This document shows, piece after piece, positions 1 to 12,900 of a DNA stretch of 64,000 nucleotides; position 1 is the first letter of the stretch; every line of letters begins with the position of its first letter. The notes beneath the pieces are model-generated. The model did no database searches. It was not told the DNA's origin and worked only from the letters and a program-made list of their open reading frames with translations. This DNA is from Ostrea edulis (Eukaryota): assembly GCF_947568905.1 (NCBI RefSeq), contig NC_079173.1, forward strand, positions 19,282,001-19,346,000, in the 5' to 3' direction. Made by a program: the position numbers and the translations under genes.

Positions 1-1536
1 GGAAGCTTGGGTGGACTAACCTAAAATTGGCGACCAATCGTGTCCACCTTCACGGCACGTTCGGTCGTCCGGCAACGATACGTGTGGCACAATTGGTCGC
101 TGGCGATCAAACGTGCCGAAACCAGCAAACGTGCCGTAACATATATGTATTTTGGTAGGTATGTAGAATTGTTAGTTTTTCAAAGTATGTATGTGGGGAA
201 GGGATATGATGGCGCAGCTGACTTCAATTGTCTAAAATTTTTGGCAAGCCAAAATGAAAAAAAAAAATAAAGATGTTTTTTGCCCAAACGTCAACATCTT
301 AGATTGTGAGGAGGGCGCCCTCTTTCACTACATACATGTAGGTTCAATGCATCTGGTCGATCTTGCAGCCATACCACTAGATTCTACTATTAAACTGATG
401 ACTTCTCTAAAATTATTGTCAAGTGAGACAAAATAGTAATAATGAATTGTGATTTTCCCAAACATGAAAATGCTAAAATAATAATGGGGATTGAGGTATT
501 TACATGTATTAACTGAAACTGTCTCAATGTTGTACATGTACCAGCACACGTTCTTTGGAACCTGTACATGTATAAGGGTTGAATTCATAATGCATGCTCT
601 TACAATATTCTCTCATTCAGAACTTCTCCCCCCTTTTAAACAAACAATAGTTATGCTTTGTAATAATAAAGATGATTTATTCTATTCTTTAATATTGGTG
701 AGTGATAAGCAATATTTCTTGAATTTTCACAGGTGATTTTCCTGACTTTTGTACTTTAAAAATCTAATTTATGATATGATAAGAAAGTTTAATTTACTTT
801 AACTCACGCGCACGTTCCTTTTTCATTTTTGCCTCTCTGTGAATATCAATCCTTTCACTTTCCGTGTTCCGAATGAAAGTGAACGGTGAGCGCCCGATGA
901 ACGAATTGTGAACTCAAAACTGTAAACGGAGAGCCCATGGTGAACGCACGGAGAGCGCACAGTGAGCGAACGGGAAACTGGTGAAGTAGAACATTTCAGG
1001 AACTGAGAAAGAGAGGTCGTAATTATATTTTGAAGAAAAGGTTGCAAACAGCAGGACTTATATTACCTTTGAGCCCGTATATCTCTTTACGGTCATGGTC
1101 AACCATGATAAGATTTATGAAAAAGTGTTCCCTGTAAAATTCCAAACAAAAGTATACGTCATATGCCTCCCTCAAATCAGACACATATATATTCAAATCT
1201 ATTTTAAAATATTCTCATTTAGTTTTTGGGAATTCTAAAATGTGCCGATAGAGAAAGGGTTAATGTTTTCGGACATTTTACGAAACAAGAATTAACTATT
1301 TGAATGTGTATTGACGCAGAGTACATGGGGGATAAATTGTCGGGTAAATTGTAGCAATAGACAATAAAATACACATGTATACACATACAGTCTTATCTAG
1401 GTTGTAACCTGCTGAGACTGTAGCCAATTTTACATCGGGGAGACGGGTATCACATTGCGAGCCAGAATATATTTTCATAAACAACAAATTCAAGTCCCGG
1501 AATACCGGAAAATAAAATCAAGCGAACGTCTAGATG

Positions 1537-2218
1537 CAAGGTGCAGATAACGAACAGTGATCAATCTCATAACTCTTACAAGCAATACAAAATAGATAGT
1601 TGGGCAAACACGGACCCCTGCACACACCAGAGGTGGGATCATGTGCCGAGGAGGAGTAAGCATCCCCTGTTGACCTGTCACATCCGCCGTGAACCCCATA
1701 TCCTGATCAGGTAAACGGAGTTATCCGCAGTCAAAATCAGTGTGCCAAGAACGGCTTAACAATCGGTATGAAACACGTCAGACAGCATTTGACCCAATGC
1801 GAGGTTGAATTGACGAACTAGATCGTTATAACGACCATAGAATTTTCGAAATGCTGACTTCAATCGAGACTGTTGAAACCCCTGTACCATCAACTTGCTT
1901 GTCAGTAGCTTACCTCGATTTAAAAACTGACTATACCCAGAACAAGCTCTTGCATATCGAATCAGTTGAGATATATAAACACCATATGCAGGTGATGATG
2001 GAATATTGCTACATAAATGTGGGAAGTTGACGATGGAGAAGCTGAAATCATCCCGTTTGTCATACAGTTGAGTTGTTAGTTTGCCGTTAATGTCTACTTT
2101 TAATAAAATATCTAAGTATGAAGCAGAAATGGACGACTCTGTGGTGTACTTTATTTCGAGCTCACAGGGATATATCAAATCGACATATGAATGAAATCTA
2201 TCATTGTTAATAGACAAA
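1537..2218 (-). mobile_element. Penelope-like retroelement (probable Naiad clade), 5'-truncated, young copy
   Basis: ORF 1756..2217: RT palm/thumb LYDKRDDFSFSIVNFP...PAYGVYISQLIRYARAC ending HTDC*, followed by a ~220-bp 3' terminus shared by many copies. Confidence 0.85.
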
Positions 2219-3361
2219 TATATGCATATACTGTAGCGGATATTTCAAAACATCCACACTTTACAAACTTTATACGGACAATGTTATACAAGGAAGAGAG
2301 CAGGAAAATATTCTAAATGTTAAAACTAGGTTGAACAGTTTAAGATTTTTATGGAAATACAAATTCTAAAATATCTGAATAGATCACGCTCTTCTCAAAT
2401 ATTTCAATGTAAATTTGAAAGTGAAATAAATTAAGCAGACGTCAACATTTTGTGAATTTCCATGGTGGATTATTTTTATTTGATACATTCTTTCAAAATG
2501 ATATGATTTCAAAAACCATACGATTCATTTATTAAAAATGAAATATGTTCATTATACATTGAATACCTTTAAAATAAACCAAAATCTTTAATTAGAAAAA
2601 CAAATCAAGAAAGAAAATATGAAAACAAATAGTTCACAAAGAATCAATGGAAAACTCAAAACAGCAAACCATGTGGACCAACCCATGAAAAAGTGTATGA
2701 CTTTGTCGTTTACAGTTACTGATTTGGAATTTTTTAAGGTAGAATACTTGAAAAACTTCCGAATGTTTAGAGTTATTTAAAACGCATGGTATCATAATCG
2801 AGCAAAACTCCTTTATGTTTAGCAGAAAAAAATTACAACATGATGAAAATACGCCATTCCGTCGACTAAAAATTTGCGGAAAGACCTGGACATATGACTA
2901 AATGACAGAACTCTACTATTCATTCACCTTTCAGCAACCATTCAGTTCCCTTTCAGTTTATTGAATAACATAGTTTCACCCTGTATACACTCTTGGATTT
3001 GCAGTTCATACTGACATAGACTTTGCGGATTTCCCCGGACTTTAAAGTTATGCGTTCCCATGTCCTGCAAAGTGGGTCACAGCATTTTATCATGCATATA
3101 GCCTTATCCGACCTGAAGGTTACTTTTATGGGAATTTAAAAATTGGTCATTCTTCGTTATCGTCATTTTTTAAAAAGAGGAATGCAGTACTAAATACCTC
3201 TATTGCTATCAGTGTATTGAATTCTGAAGTATAAACCATATATATTGATGGGTAAATTATTTCCCTGTATTTTCACGTGTCATGATATCAGGTAATCATT
3301 TTTTTAAATTCCCGTAATGTGTCATATGGAGTTGTAAAACTTATACGGTACCAATTTTGAT

Positions 3362-3405
3362 GCACCAGATGCGCATTTCGACAAATAATGTATCTTCAGT
3401 GATGC
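3362..3405 (-). ncRNA. Minimal type I hammerhead ribozyme motif (PLE-associated), with G10.1 mutated
   Basis: Minus strand reads gcatca-CTGAAGA-tacattatttgtc-GAAA-tgcgca-TC-tggtgc: 6-bp stem I and palindromic stem/loop III. It lies in a ~140-bp insertion (3337-3478) flanked by AGTTGTA direct repeats. Confidence 0.6.
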
Positions 3406-3494
3406 TCAACCGAAATGTTTGAAATCCGAAATAACAATGAAGTTTTAGACCTGTGATAGGGAACAACATTGCCAAAAAAGTTGTATGTAATTCG

Positions 3495-3686
3495 ACTTCC
3501 GTAGCCGAGTGGATAGAGCATCGCACTCAAATCGGCGTGGGTTCGAATCCCGCTCGAGCTGGTAAGTGAGAAAGTTTTCCAGTTTACTTGCAGAACGTCG
3601 GTGGTCTCTTCTCAGGTACATTGTATCTGGGTTTTCTCCTCCACCATTTAAGTGTAGTGGAAAACATCAATCAATCAATCAATCAA
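3495..3686 (+). mobile_element. tRNA-derived SINE (internally deleted; same insertion as 11450)
   Basis: A box gtagccgagtgg, B box ggttcgaatcc, (TCAA)n tail. Confidence 0.8.
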
Positions 3687-3851
3687 TTCATTAGTTTCTG
3701 ATTTCGTATCAATAACCATTCGTTTACTTTTCCGGTGGATATCAGTGGCACCAATGTTTTCATTCATATTTTCAAGTGTAATACTATTAATAGCTTTTCA
3801 ACTACTCAGCATTCCTAAATTCATGTCAAACAGATATTTCTTTTAATTCAG

Positions 3852-3923
3852 AAGTCTGTGGGGGAATGATATAGCCATCTTACCGAATGGGATTTTTGAT
3901 GTATTGACGAATTTACAATTCCT
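3852..3923 (+). CDS. LRR exon, type a (SLWGNDIAILPNGIFDVLTNLQFL)
   Basis: ttcag acceptor, gtaagt donor, 72 nt, open frame, typical LRR consensus. Confidence 0.8.
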
Positions 3924-6900
3924 GTAAGTATACATGAATATAATTTACTTCTGTGACAGCTAAACAGTACCTGTGTTTCAGGAAATCTGATCAAGAATGC
4001 TACACTAGAAATATTATAGATTTAGAGACATAAGAATATGAGTCAATGTCATTGCTTGTAATGATCTCACTTTAATCTAAATTAGTGTGTTAGAATAGGT
4101 CCTCTCATTATTGGATGGAAGATGTACTGAGAGTGTCAATTTTGCTTAAAATTACTGTTATCATGCTGTTTGTGCTGATCAGTTCTTGTAATTACTGCTG
4201 ATTCTGAAACTTTCTGTTAGTGCTAAGAATTATTAATATTTATTGTGGTTTGCACTGTGGGTTCTGATATTTACTGTGGTTTGCACTGTGGGTTCTGCTA
4301 TTTACTTATCATTGCTGGGGAATGCACTGTTGGTAGTGTGAAGTGCTGATAATTACTGTCACTATCAATGGCCTTGCAGGAGGAATGACATTTTTCATTT
4401 TAATCTTCGAAAACCAGGTTTTCTCATAAATATGTATAGTGGTTGGTATCTTTGCAATCGTCTCAATAAGCTGAAAAACAATACACATATCAGGGGATTT
4501 TATCAAAACCTCGTTTTTAAAAACCCACTTTTATTATCTGTATTTAGCCCGGGCACATTTTAGCACCCCTTGCAAGGTCATCGACAGTCACAGCATGTAT
4601 CAGCATTTCACAATATCGACAGTACTTTCCTCACAGCACTTATCAGAACTCACAGTACAAACCACAACAGGTGTCAGCAATTATCAGCACCAATAGAAAG
4701 TTTCAGTACCAACTGCAAAGATATCAGTAATTATCAAAACTTTCACCAGAGAAAAATTCTCGATATCATTATTCGATATACAATCAATAAATCAACGATA
4801 ATTAGAACATTCACAATGGTGTCAGATAAACGGATTTATTCTAAAGTTTTACTACATGCCATCAATGAAAGGTAAAGATAACGAATATTGATGAAAGGTG
4901 AAGATAGTGAACAACGAACAGTGATCACTCATAACTTCTATTTACGATGCAAAATAGAGAGTTGGGCACAGACTCCTGGATATACCAGAAGTGGGATTTG
5001 GTGCCTAGGAGGAGAAAACGTCCCCTGTCGACCAGTCACTCCCGCCTTAAGCCATATCTCTTGATCGGGTATACGGAGTTATCCGTAGTCAAAATCAGTG
5101 TGCCAAGACCGACCTAAAAATCAGCATGAAACACGTCAGACCGATCTCCAAACTCCTATAAGCAATATAAATAGAGGGTTGGGCAAACACATATCCCTGG
5201 ATGTACCGGAAGTGGGATCAGACGCCTAGGAGGAGTAAGAATCCACTGTCGACCGGTCACACCAGCCATGAGCTCTATATATTCACCAAGTAAATGGAGT
5301 TATCAGTATTCGAAATCAGTGCGCCAAATATGGTATAACAATCGGTAAGAAACAAGTCAGACAGCATTTGACCTAATGATAGGTTCTATTGGCAAACTGG
5401 ATCGTTATAACGACCATATAATTTGCTGACTTAAAAGAAAATGGTTGAATCCCTGCGCCATCAGCTAGTTTTTCAATAGCCTGCTTTGATTTTAAAACTG
5501 AACAACCTCTTATGTATCGAATCATTTGAGATATATAAACAGCAAATCCAGGTGATGATGGACTATTGCTACATAATTATGGAAACTTGTCGATTGAGAA
5601 GCTGAAATCAACCCCTTTGTCATAAAGTTGAGTTGTTAGTTTGCCGTTAATATCCACTTTCAATAAAATATCCACATATGAAGCAGAAGTAGACGATTCT
5701 GTGGTATTTTTTTTATTTCAAGTTTAATGGGATATATCGAATCGACATATGAATGAAAATCATTATTGTCAATAAATAATACGTCGTCGATATACAGTGT
5801 ACGTAAATGTCAAAGCGCATTTTAAACAACTCAAGACAATCAGAGTATATCAACACTTTTTTTCAAAATGAATAAAATTATGCTTTTTCTTTTGTGAAAC
5901 TTACACATCATTGCAAACCTTTAAAAAGGTTTTATTAAAGCCGCTAATCTAACACAAAATTGATAAAGAAAACGTGATGTGACAGTTATTTTTCAACATT
6001 GGTTCTCATTATAATGCAAATTGCATATAAGGTGTTGCCACCCGTGCATCTATTACACTATATGTTGGGAATTTGTTTTGAGTCAATGAGAAATTGCAAA
6101 CCAAATTGATCATACGCAGGACACGCAGTGTATCGAATCATTTGGGCGACCTAGATATCATGCACAGGTAATAGTGCAATATTTCTACATACATATATGA
6201 AGTTGATATTGACGGACCTTAAATTGTCTTAGCTACCATAAACCTTATGTGTTTGTTCACCATCATCAGTAAAGAAATAGATTCAAATATAAAACACATA
6301 CAGAGAATTATGTGATGTTTTTTATATATACATGTATAATATATTTCATCATTTGAGCGTTGATCAATTAAGGTTAATAAGGAAATCTTTTTGATTCAGA
6401 CACTTGTGGAAAAATAAAATAGCAACTTTACTAAATGGAATCTTTGATGCATTGACAAAGTTAAAGAAACTGTAAGTATATATATAAATATCTACATACA
6501 AAACAATTATTTGTATTCAGAGGTGAAGATAATGGACAATGTTGAAAAGTGATGAGTTTGTATATCTATTCTAAGCAATACAAAATTAAGAGTTGGACAA
6601 ACATGGACTCCTGGGTAAACCAGACTTGGGAACAGTGTTTAAGAAGATTAAGCATTCCCTATCGACCAACTAAGCATCCCCTGTCGACCAATAAAATCTA
6701 CCATGAGCTCTATAAACGGAGTGCTCCGCAGTCAACATCAGTGTGTAAAGAAAGGCCTACCAATTAGTATGAAACACATTAGATACAAGGTGAAGATAAT
6801 GAACAGTGATCAATTTCGTAACTCCTATAAGCAATACAAAATAGATAGTTGGGCAAACACGGACCCCTAGACACACCAGAGGTGGGATCAGGTGCCTAGG

Positions 6901-9900
6901 AGGAGTAAGCATCCCCTGTTGACCGGTCACACAATTTGACTCATCGGCAGGTTGTATTGGTATATTAGATCTTGATAACGAGCATAGAATTTGCGAAATG
7001 TTCACTTTAAACAAGAATGCTGGAACTCCTGCGATACCACCTTGTTTGTAAGAAGCTTGTCTTGATTAAAAAATATCATAAGAGAACAAAGTTTTGGGTA
7101 TGGAATCAGTTGAAATATACAAACACCATAATACAGGTGATGATGGAATACTCTACATTCCGTGTGTCGTTAGTTTGCCGTTAAGATCTATTTTCAATAA
7201 AATATCTAAGTACGAAGCAGATGTAGATGTATATGTGGTGTCTTTATTTCAAGTTCATTTGAAAATATCCAATCCATATATGAATGCAAATGATTTTGTT
7301 GATAGTTAAAACGACGTCGATATATCAAATTGTAGAGATGAAGGCCTAACAATTGTAGTTCTGAGTTATTACTAGTCATTTTTCAACATTGGTTCTCATT
7401 AAAATGCAAATTTGCATGCAAGGTGTTGCCACCCGTCCATCTATATCAACTCTAAGTTGGGAATTTGTTTTGAGTCAATGCGAATTTACAAACCAAATCG
7501 ATCATACGCAGAACATGCGCTTGTTTATTGAATCAGTCGGACGACGTAGATATCATTCCAGGTGATAGTGGAATATTTCTACATACATGCAAGGTGAAGA
7601 TAACGAACAGTGATCAATCTCATAACTCCTACAAGCAATACAAAATAGATAGTTATAGGAAGTGGATGGTGGCCGACCATATTTTTCCTAGCTGCCATTG
7701 ACTTAATGTGTTCGTTTACCATTAACGTTCCAAATCAATACAGATTCAAATATAAAACACAGATAGAGGATGGTGTGATGTTTTTCTTTCGAATTTACTG
7801 GATAAATTCTGATCAACTTGTTTAATGGAAATCACTGTTATGAGAAAATGAACAACTCGTTCATGATGGATTTAAACTACTTGTTTACAGCCACATTTAG
7901 TGCAAATAACATGCTTTCGCATATTGGATAACTTTAGAAAATTGAATATTTCATCGTTGGAGCGTTGATCAATTAAGGTTACGAGTAATCAGGAAATCGT
8001 TTTGATTCAGAGGCTTGCAGGAAAATGAATTAGCAACGTTACCAAATGGAATCTTTGATGCATTGACGAAGCTAGAGACACTGTAAGTATATCTATATAC
8101 ATAACAATTATTTGTATGCAGATGAGGTGAAGATAATGAACAATGTCAAACAGTGATGAATCTTATATCTATTATAAGCAATACAACATTTAGAATTGGA
8201 GAAGCATGGCCCCTGGGTAAACCAGACATGGGAACAGGTGTTAAAGAAGAGTAAGCATTCCATATTGACCGACTAAGTATCCCCTGTCGACCGGTCACAT
8301 CTACCGTGAGCCCTATAAACGAAGTTATCCGCAGTCAATATCAGTGTGTAAAGAATGGCCTAACAATTCGTATGAAACACATTAGATATAATTTTACTTA
8401 GCGGCAGGTTGTATTGGTAAATTAGATCGTGATAACCAGCATAGAATTTGCGAAATGCTGACTTTAAACAAGAATGTTGGAATTCCTGTAGTACCAACGT
8501 GTATGTAAGAAGCCTGTTTTGATAAAATAAAAAAAAAAGAAGTTCGTAAGGAGAACAGGTTTTGTGAATCGAATCAGTTGAGATATATAAACATCATATA
8601 CAGGTAATATTGAAATACTGCAACATGTTATGTAGATATGGGAAGTTGATGGAGAAGCTGAAATAATTCCGTGTGTCGTTAGTTTGCCTTTAAGATCTAT
8701 TTTCAATAAAATATCTAAGTACAATGCAGTCGTAGAGGTATATGTGGTGTCTTTCATAATATTTCAGGTTCATGTAAAAATATCAACTCCACATATGAAT
8801 GAAAATTATTTTGTTGATAAGTAAAACGGAGTCGATATATCTAAATGTAGAGATGAAGGCCTAATAACTGTAGTTATGACATATTACTAGTCACTTTTCA
8901 ACATTGGTTCTTATCATAAAGCAATTTTGCATCCAAAGTGTTGCCACCCGTACATCTATATAAAATATAAGTTGGGAATTTGTTTTGGGTCAATGGAAAA
9001 TAAAAACCAAATCGATCATACGCAGAATATATGCTTGTATATCGAATCAGTTGGGCGACGTAGATCTCATCCCAGGTGATAGTGCAATATTTCTACATAC
9101 ATATAGGAAATTAATGGTGGCGGACCATAATTTTTCCTAGCTGCCATAAACCTTATGTGTTCGTTTACTAATAGGGTCTCAAATCAATAAAGAAATAGCT
9201 TTAAATATAAAACACAGATAGAAGATTATGTGATGCTTTTATTTCGAGTTGACTGGATAATTTCTGATCAACACGTTTAATGGAAAATATAATTATCAGA
9301 TGATAGACTAACCGTTCGTGATGGATTAAAATTAATGGATTCGCTGTCCCGAATTGCAGTAGGTTAGAAAATAATATATTTCATCATTGGATCGTTGATC
9401 AATTAAGGTTAATCATGAACTATTTTTTATTCAGTAACTTGGGGAGAAATAAAATATCAACGTTGAAAAACGGAATTTTTGATGCATTGACGAAGCTAGA
9501 GATACTGTAAGTATATCTAAATACATAAGAATTATTTATATGCAGAGGAGGTGAAGATAATGAACAATGTCGGACAGTAATGAATCTGATATCTATAATA
9601 AGCAATGCAAATTAAGAGTTGGACAAACATGGACCCCTGGGTAAACCAGACATGGGAACAGGTGTTTAAGAAGAGTAAGCATTCCATATCGACCGACTAA
9701 GTATCCCCTGTCAACAGGTCACATCAATCATAGGCCCTAAAACAGAGTGATCCGCAGTCAACACCAATGTGTAAAGAATGGCCTAACAATTATCATGAAA
9801 CATATTTGACATAATTGACTGAAATATCGAGGGAATTGGTGGTTTAGACAAGAGGCAAAAGGGTCAACTTTTCAATACCCGAAACGGTTCATAATCCGAC

Positions 9901-12900
9901 TGAAAACGCATTTGTCTAATGTCCTATCTCCTGAATCCTGCTGATTAAGTGATTCCCAGTCCGCTCTTGTGTTTAGACTTCCTGGTATAAATTTTGCTAT
10001 GAAAGGAAAATTTATTTCTTTGGCACCAATTCCAAATTTGCTTTACCAGCTGAGTTAACAATTGGAATTTTTTACCAAAATTAAAATATTTCTTTTTAAT
10101 TTTACGAATGACTGGTGTGCCAAAAAGATGCCAAAAGTGTCATTGTATTTATATGATAAAATTGCTGTGCGGAGGACCAAAACCCTTCTGTATTTTGTGT
10201 TTCGCATGTACCCCCCCCCCCCCCCCCACTGCTAGGTCTTAGGCATTTGATGTAAGAATCATTGATACCTTTCAAACGATTATTGATTTCCCGTTTGAAA
10301 CCTCCAGTTAATCTATCTACCATATTAAATCTATTTTCCCTCTCCCGAAATGGGAATCACTGCTTCGAAATGTTTATTTTCTAGCGAACCATTGATCTTG
10401 CATGTAGCGGCAGTATAATTTGGCTGCAATTACAGCCTGAATTATTGAAATTAATTTTGTTATCGGTTGACATATTTCTTTTACAGACATAATTCCTTTT
10501 TTCAGAACCTTATTGGATTCGTCTTTCATTTTTTGAACTTTTTTGTTTGTAAATTCGAAGAGCATATCTACGGAGTTTATTTCGAAACCTAGAAATAAGA
10601 TGATCTGAACTATATCTGATATGTATTTTTCTCCAGGTTAACAATCAATCAATCAATTTAATTTGAAAAACAAAATAAATATAAGAAAATATGAATAAAA
10701 TATTTGATCATCTTCTAAGGTAGAACGACTATTTCTTGAAAGACTTCTGGATGTGTAGAGTTGTCTGAAAACATGAGTGGTAATAAAGCAAAAATCCTTC
10801 ATGCTTAACACAGACAACTTACCACATAATGAAAATGTGCCATTCTGTCGACTGAAAGTTCGCTGAAAGACCCGAGCAGGTGAGTGAATGACAGAGCATT
10901 ACAATTCATTCACCTTTCTGTAACCATTTAGTCACCTTTCTGTACCCATTCAGTCACCTTTCTGTAACCATTCATTCACCTTTCTGTAACCATTCATTCA
11001 CCTTTCTGAAACCATTCAGTCACATTTATGTAACCATTTATTCACATTTCTGTAACCATTCAGTCACATTTCTGTAACCATTCAGTCACCTTTCAGTTTA
11101 CTGAATAACAGTTTTCCTGGGCTTTAAAGTTATGTGTCACCATGTCCTGCAAAGTGGATCACAACATTTTATGCATATAGCCGTATCCGACTTGAAGGTT
11201 ACTCTTTATGGGAATTTAAAGATTGGTCATTCTTCGTTATCGTCCTTTTTTCTAAAGTGATTTAAAGGGGAATGCAGTACTAAATACCACTATTACTATT
11301 AGTGTATTGAATTCTGAACAATATCCTTAGATATTGATGGTTAAATTATTTTCCTGTATTCTCACGTGTAGAACTTGCATGGCATGATATCAGGTAACCA
11401 TTTTTATCTAAATTCCCGTCATGTGTCATATGGAGTTGTATGTCATTCTGCCTTCGTAGCCGAGTGGTTGGGGCATCGCGCTTAAAATCACACGTGGTCT
11501 CACCTCTGGTCGGCGTGGGTTCGAATCCCGCTTGCGCCGGTAAGTGAGAACATTTCCCAGTTTACTTAGAAAGGTCGATGGCCTCTTCCCATCTACATTG
11601 TTTCTGGGTTACCTCTTCCACCAATAAAAACTGGATGTCACCATATCACTGAGAACTTGTTGAGTGTGGCGGAAAACATCAATCAATCAATTCATTAGTT
11701 TCTAATTTCATATCAATACTCATTCGTTTACTTTTCTGGTGAATATCATTGACACCAATGTTTCCATTCATATTTTCAAGTGTTATACTACTGATAGCTT
11801 TTCATTTACTCAACATTGCTAAATTCATGTTAAACATATATTTTTTGTCATTCAGAATCGTGAGTGGGAATGAGATAGCCATCTTACCGACTGGATTGTT
11901 TGATGTATTGACGAATTTACAATTCCTGTAAGTATAAATGAATATCACTCACTTCTGTGACAGCTAAACAGTACATGTTTTTTTCAGAAAAACTTTTCAT
12001 TTTAATCTTCGAAAACCAGGTTTCCTCATACATATGTATAGTGGTTGGTATCTTTGTAATCGTCTCAATAAGCTGAAAAACAATATACATATCAGGGGAT
12101 TTTTTTTAAACCTCGTTTTAAAAAAAAGCACCTTTATTATCTGTATTTACCCCGGGACACATTTTAGCACCTATTGCAAAGTCATCGATAGTCAAAGCAT
12201 TTATTAGCACTTCTCAGTACCGACAATACTTTCCTCAGCACTTATCAAAACTCACAGTACAATCCACAGTAAATGTCAGCAATTCTCAGCACCAACAGCA
12301 ATTTTCAGTACCAACTGCAAAAAGATCAGTTATTATCAAAACTTTCATCAGTGAACATTTTTCGAGCAGGACGTGAAACGATATACAATCAATAAATCAA
12401 CGATAATTTGAACATTCACAATGGTGTCAGATGAAGGGATTGGTTATAAAATTTTACTACACGTCATTAATGAAAGGTGAAAAAACGAACAGTGATGAAA
12501 GGTGAAGATAATGTACAGTGATCAATCTCATAGCTCTTAATATCCGCGGTTGAGTTAAGGCTTTCCCCATAAACACCAGTCCTGTACATAAATGTACTTT
12601 ACCGCACTGGGATATTGCGCGACGTCACAATGAAAGATACGTCATGATGAAGGTCATGACGTACATATCTACAGTCCTTTTGTGGTTGGAAATGTCAAAA
12701 TATTGTTTCGTTATTTACCACCGCTGTCAAACGGTAAACTGTAATCGCGTAAAAGTTTCTGTCAAATGGGTTATATTAATTATCTTTGATATTGAAAAAG
12801 TTTCAATTTCTTTTCTATATAACATACATGCTAAAGTAATATCCATATTATATTGTGATCTTGATATTGCCCCTAATCTGCACGTATAGTTACTTTCACA

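Larger units (their letters stand above)
2590..5975 (+). repeat. Segmental duplication, copy 1 (paralogous to 10660-14440)
   Basis: Collinear SINE, LRR exon type a, CAG-rich block and double-terminus PLE. Confidence 0.85.

Noticed and set aside
621-760. Signal-peptide or 5' exon of the LRR gene
   Set aside because: Good-looking splice motifs, but the implied intron is only 35 nt and the frame hits a stop; no LRR-NT cysteine pattern.
1-1010. Clusters of short inverted and direct motifs (acggcacgtt/aacgtgccgt at 1-140; gaacg...gagcg at 880-975)
   Set aside because: Probably subterminal repeats of DNA elements, but no termini or TSD could be defined within the window.
1756-2217. Selenoprotein-type Naiad (in-frame UGA plus SECIS)
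   Set aside because: The intact RT stretches use TGT/TGC for Cys and end in TAA; I could not fold a convincing SECIS in the 3' region.
3495-3570. tRNA gene calls for SINE heads (3495, 11450, 15078, 25163, 44469)
   Set aside because: Followed by a shared non-tRNA body and simple-repeat tails; cloverleaves incomplete.
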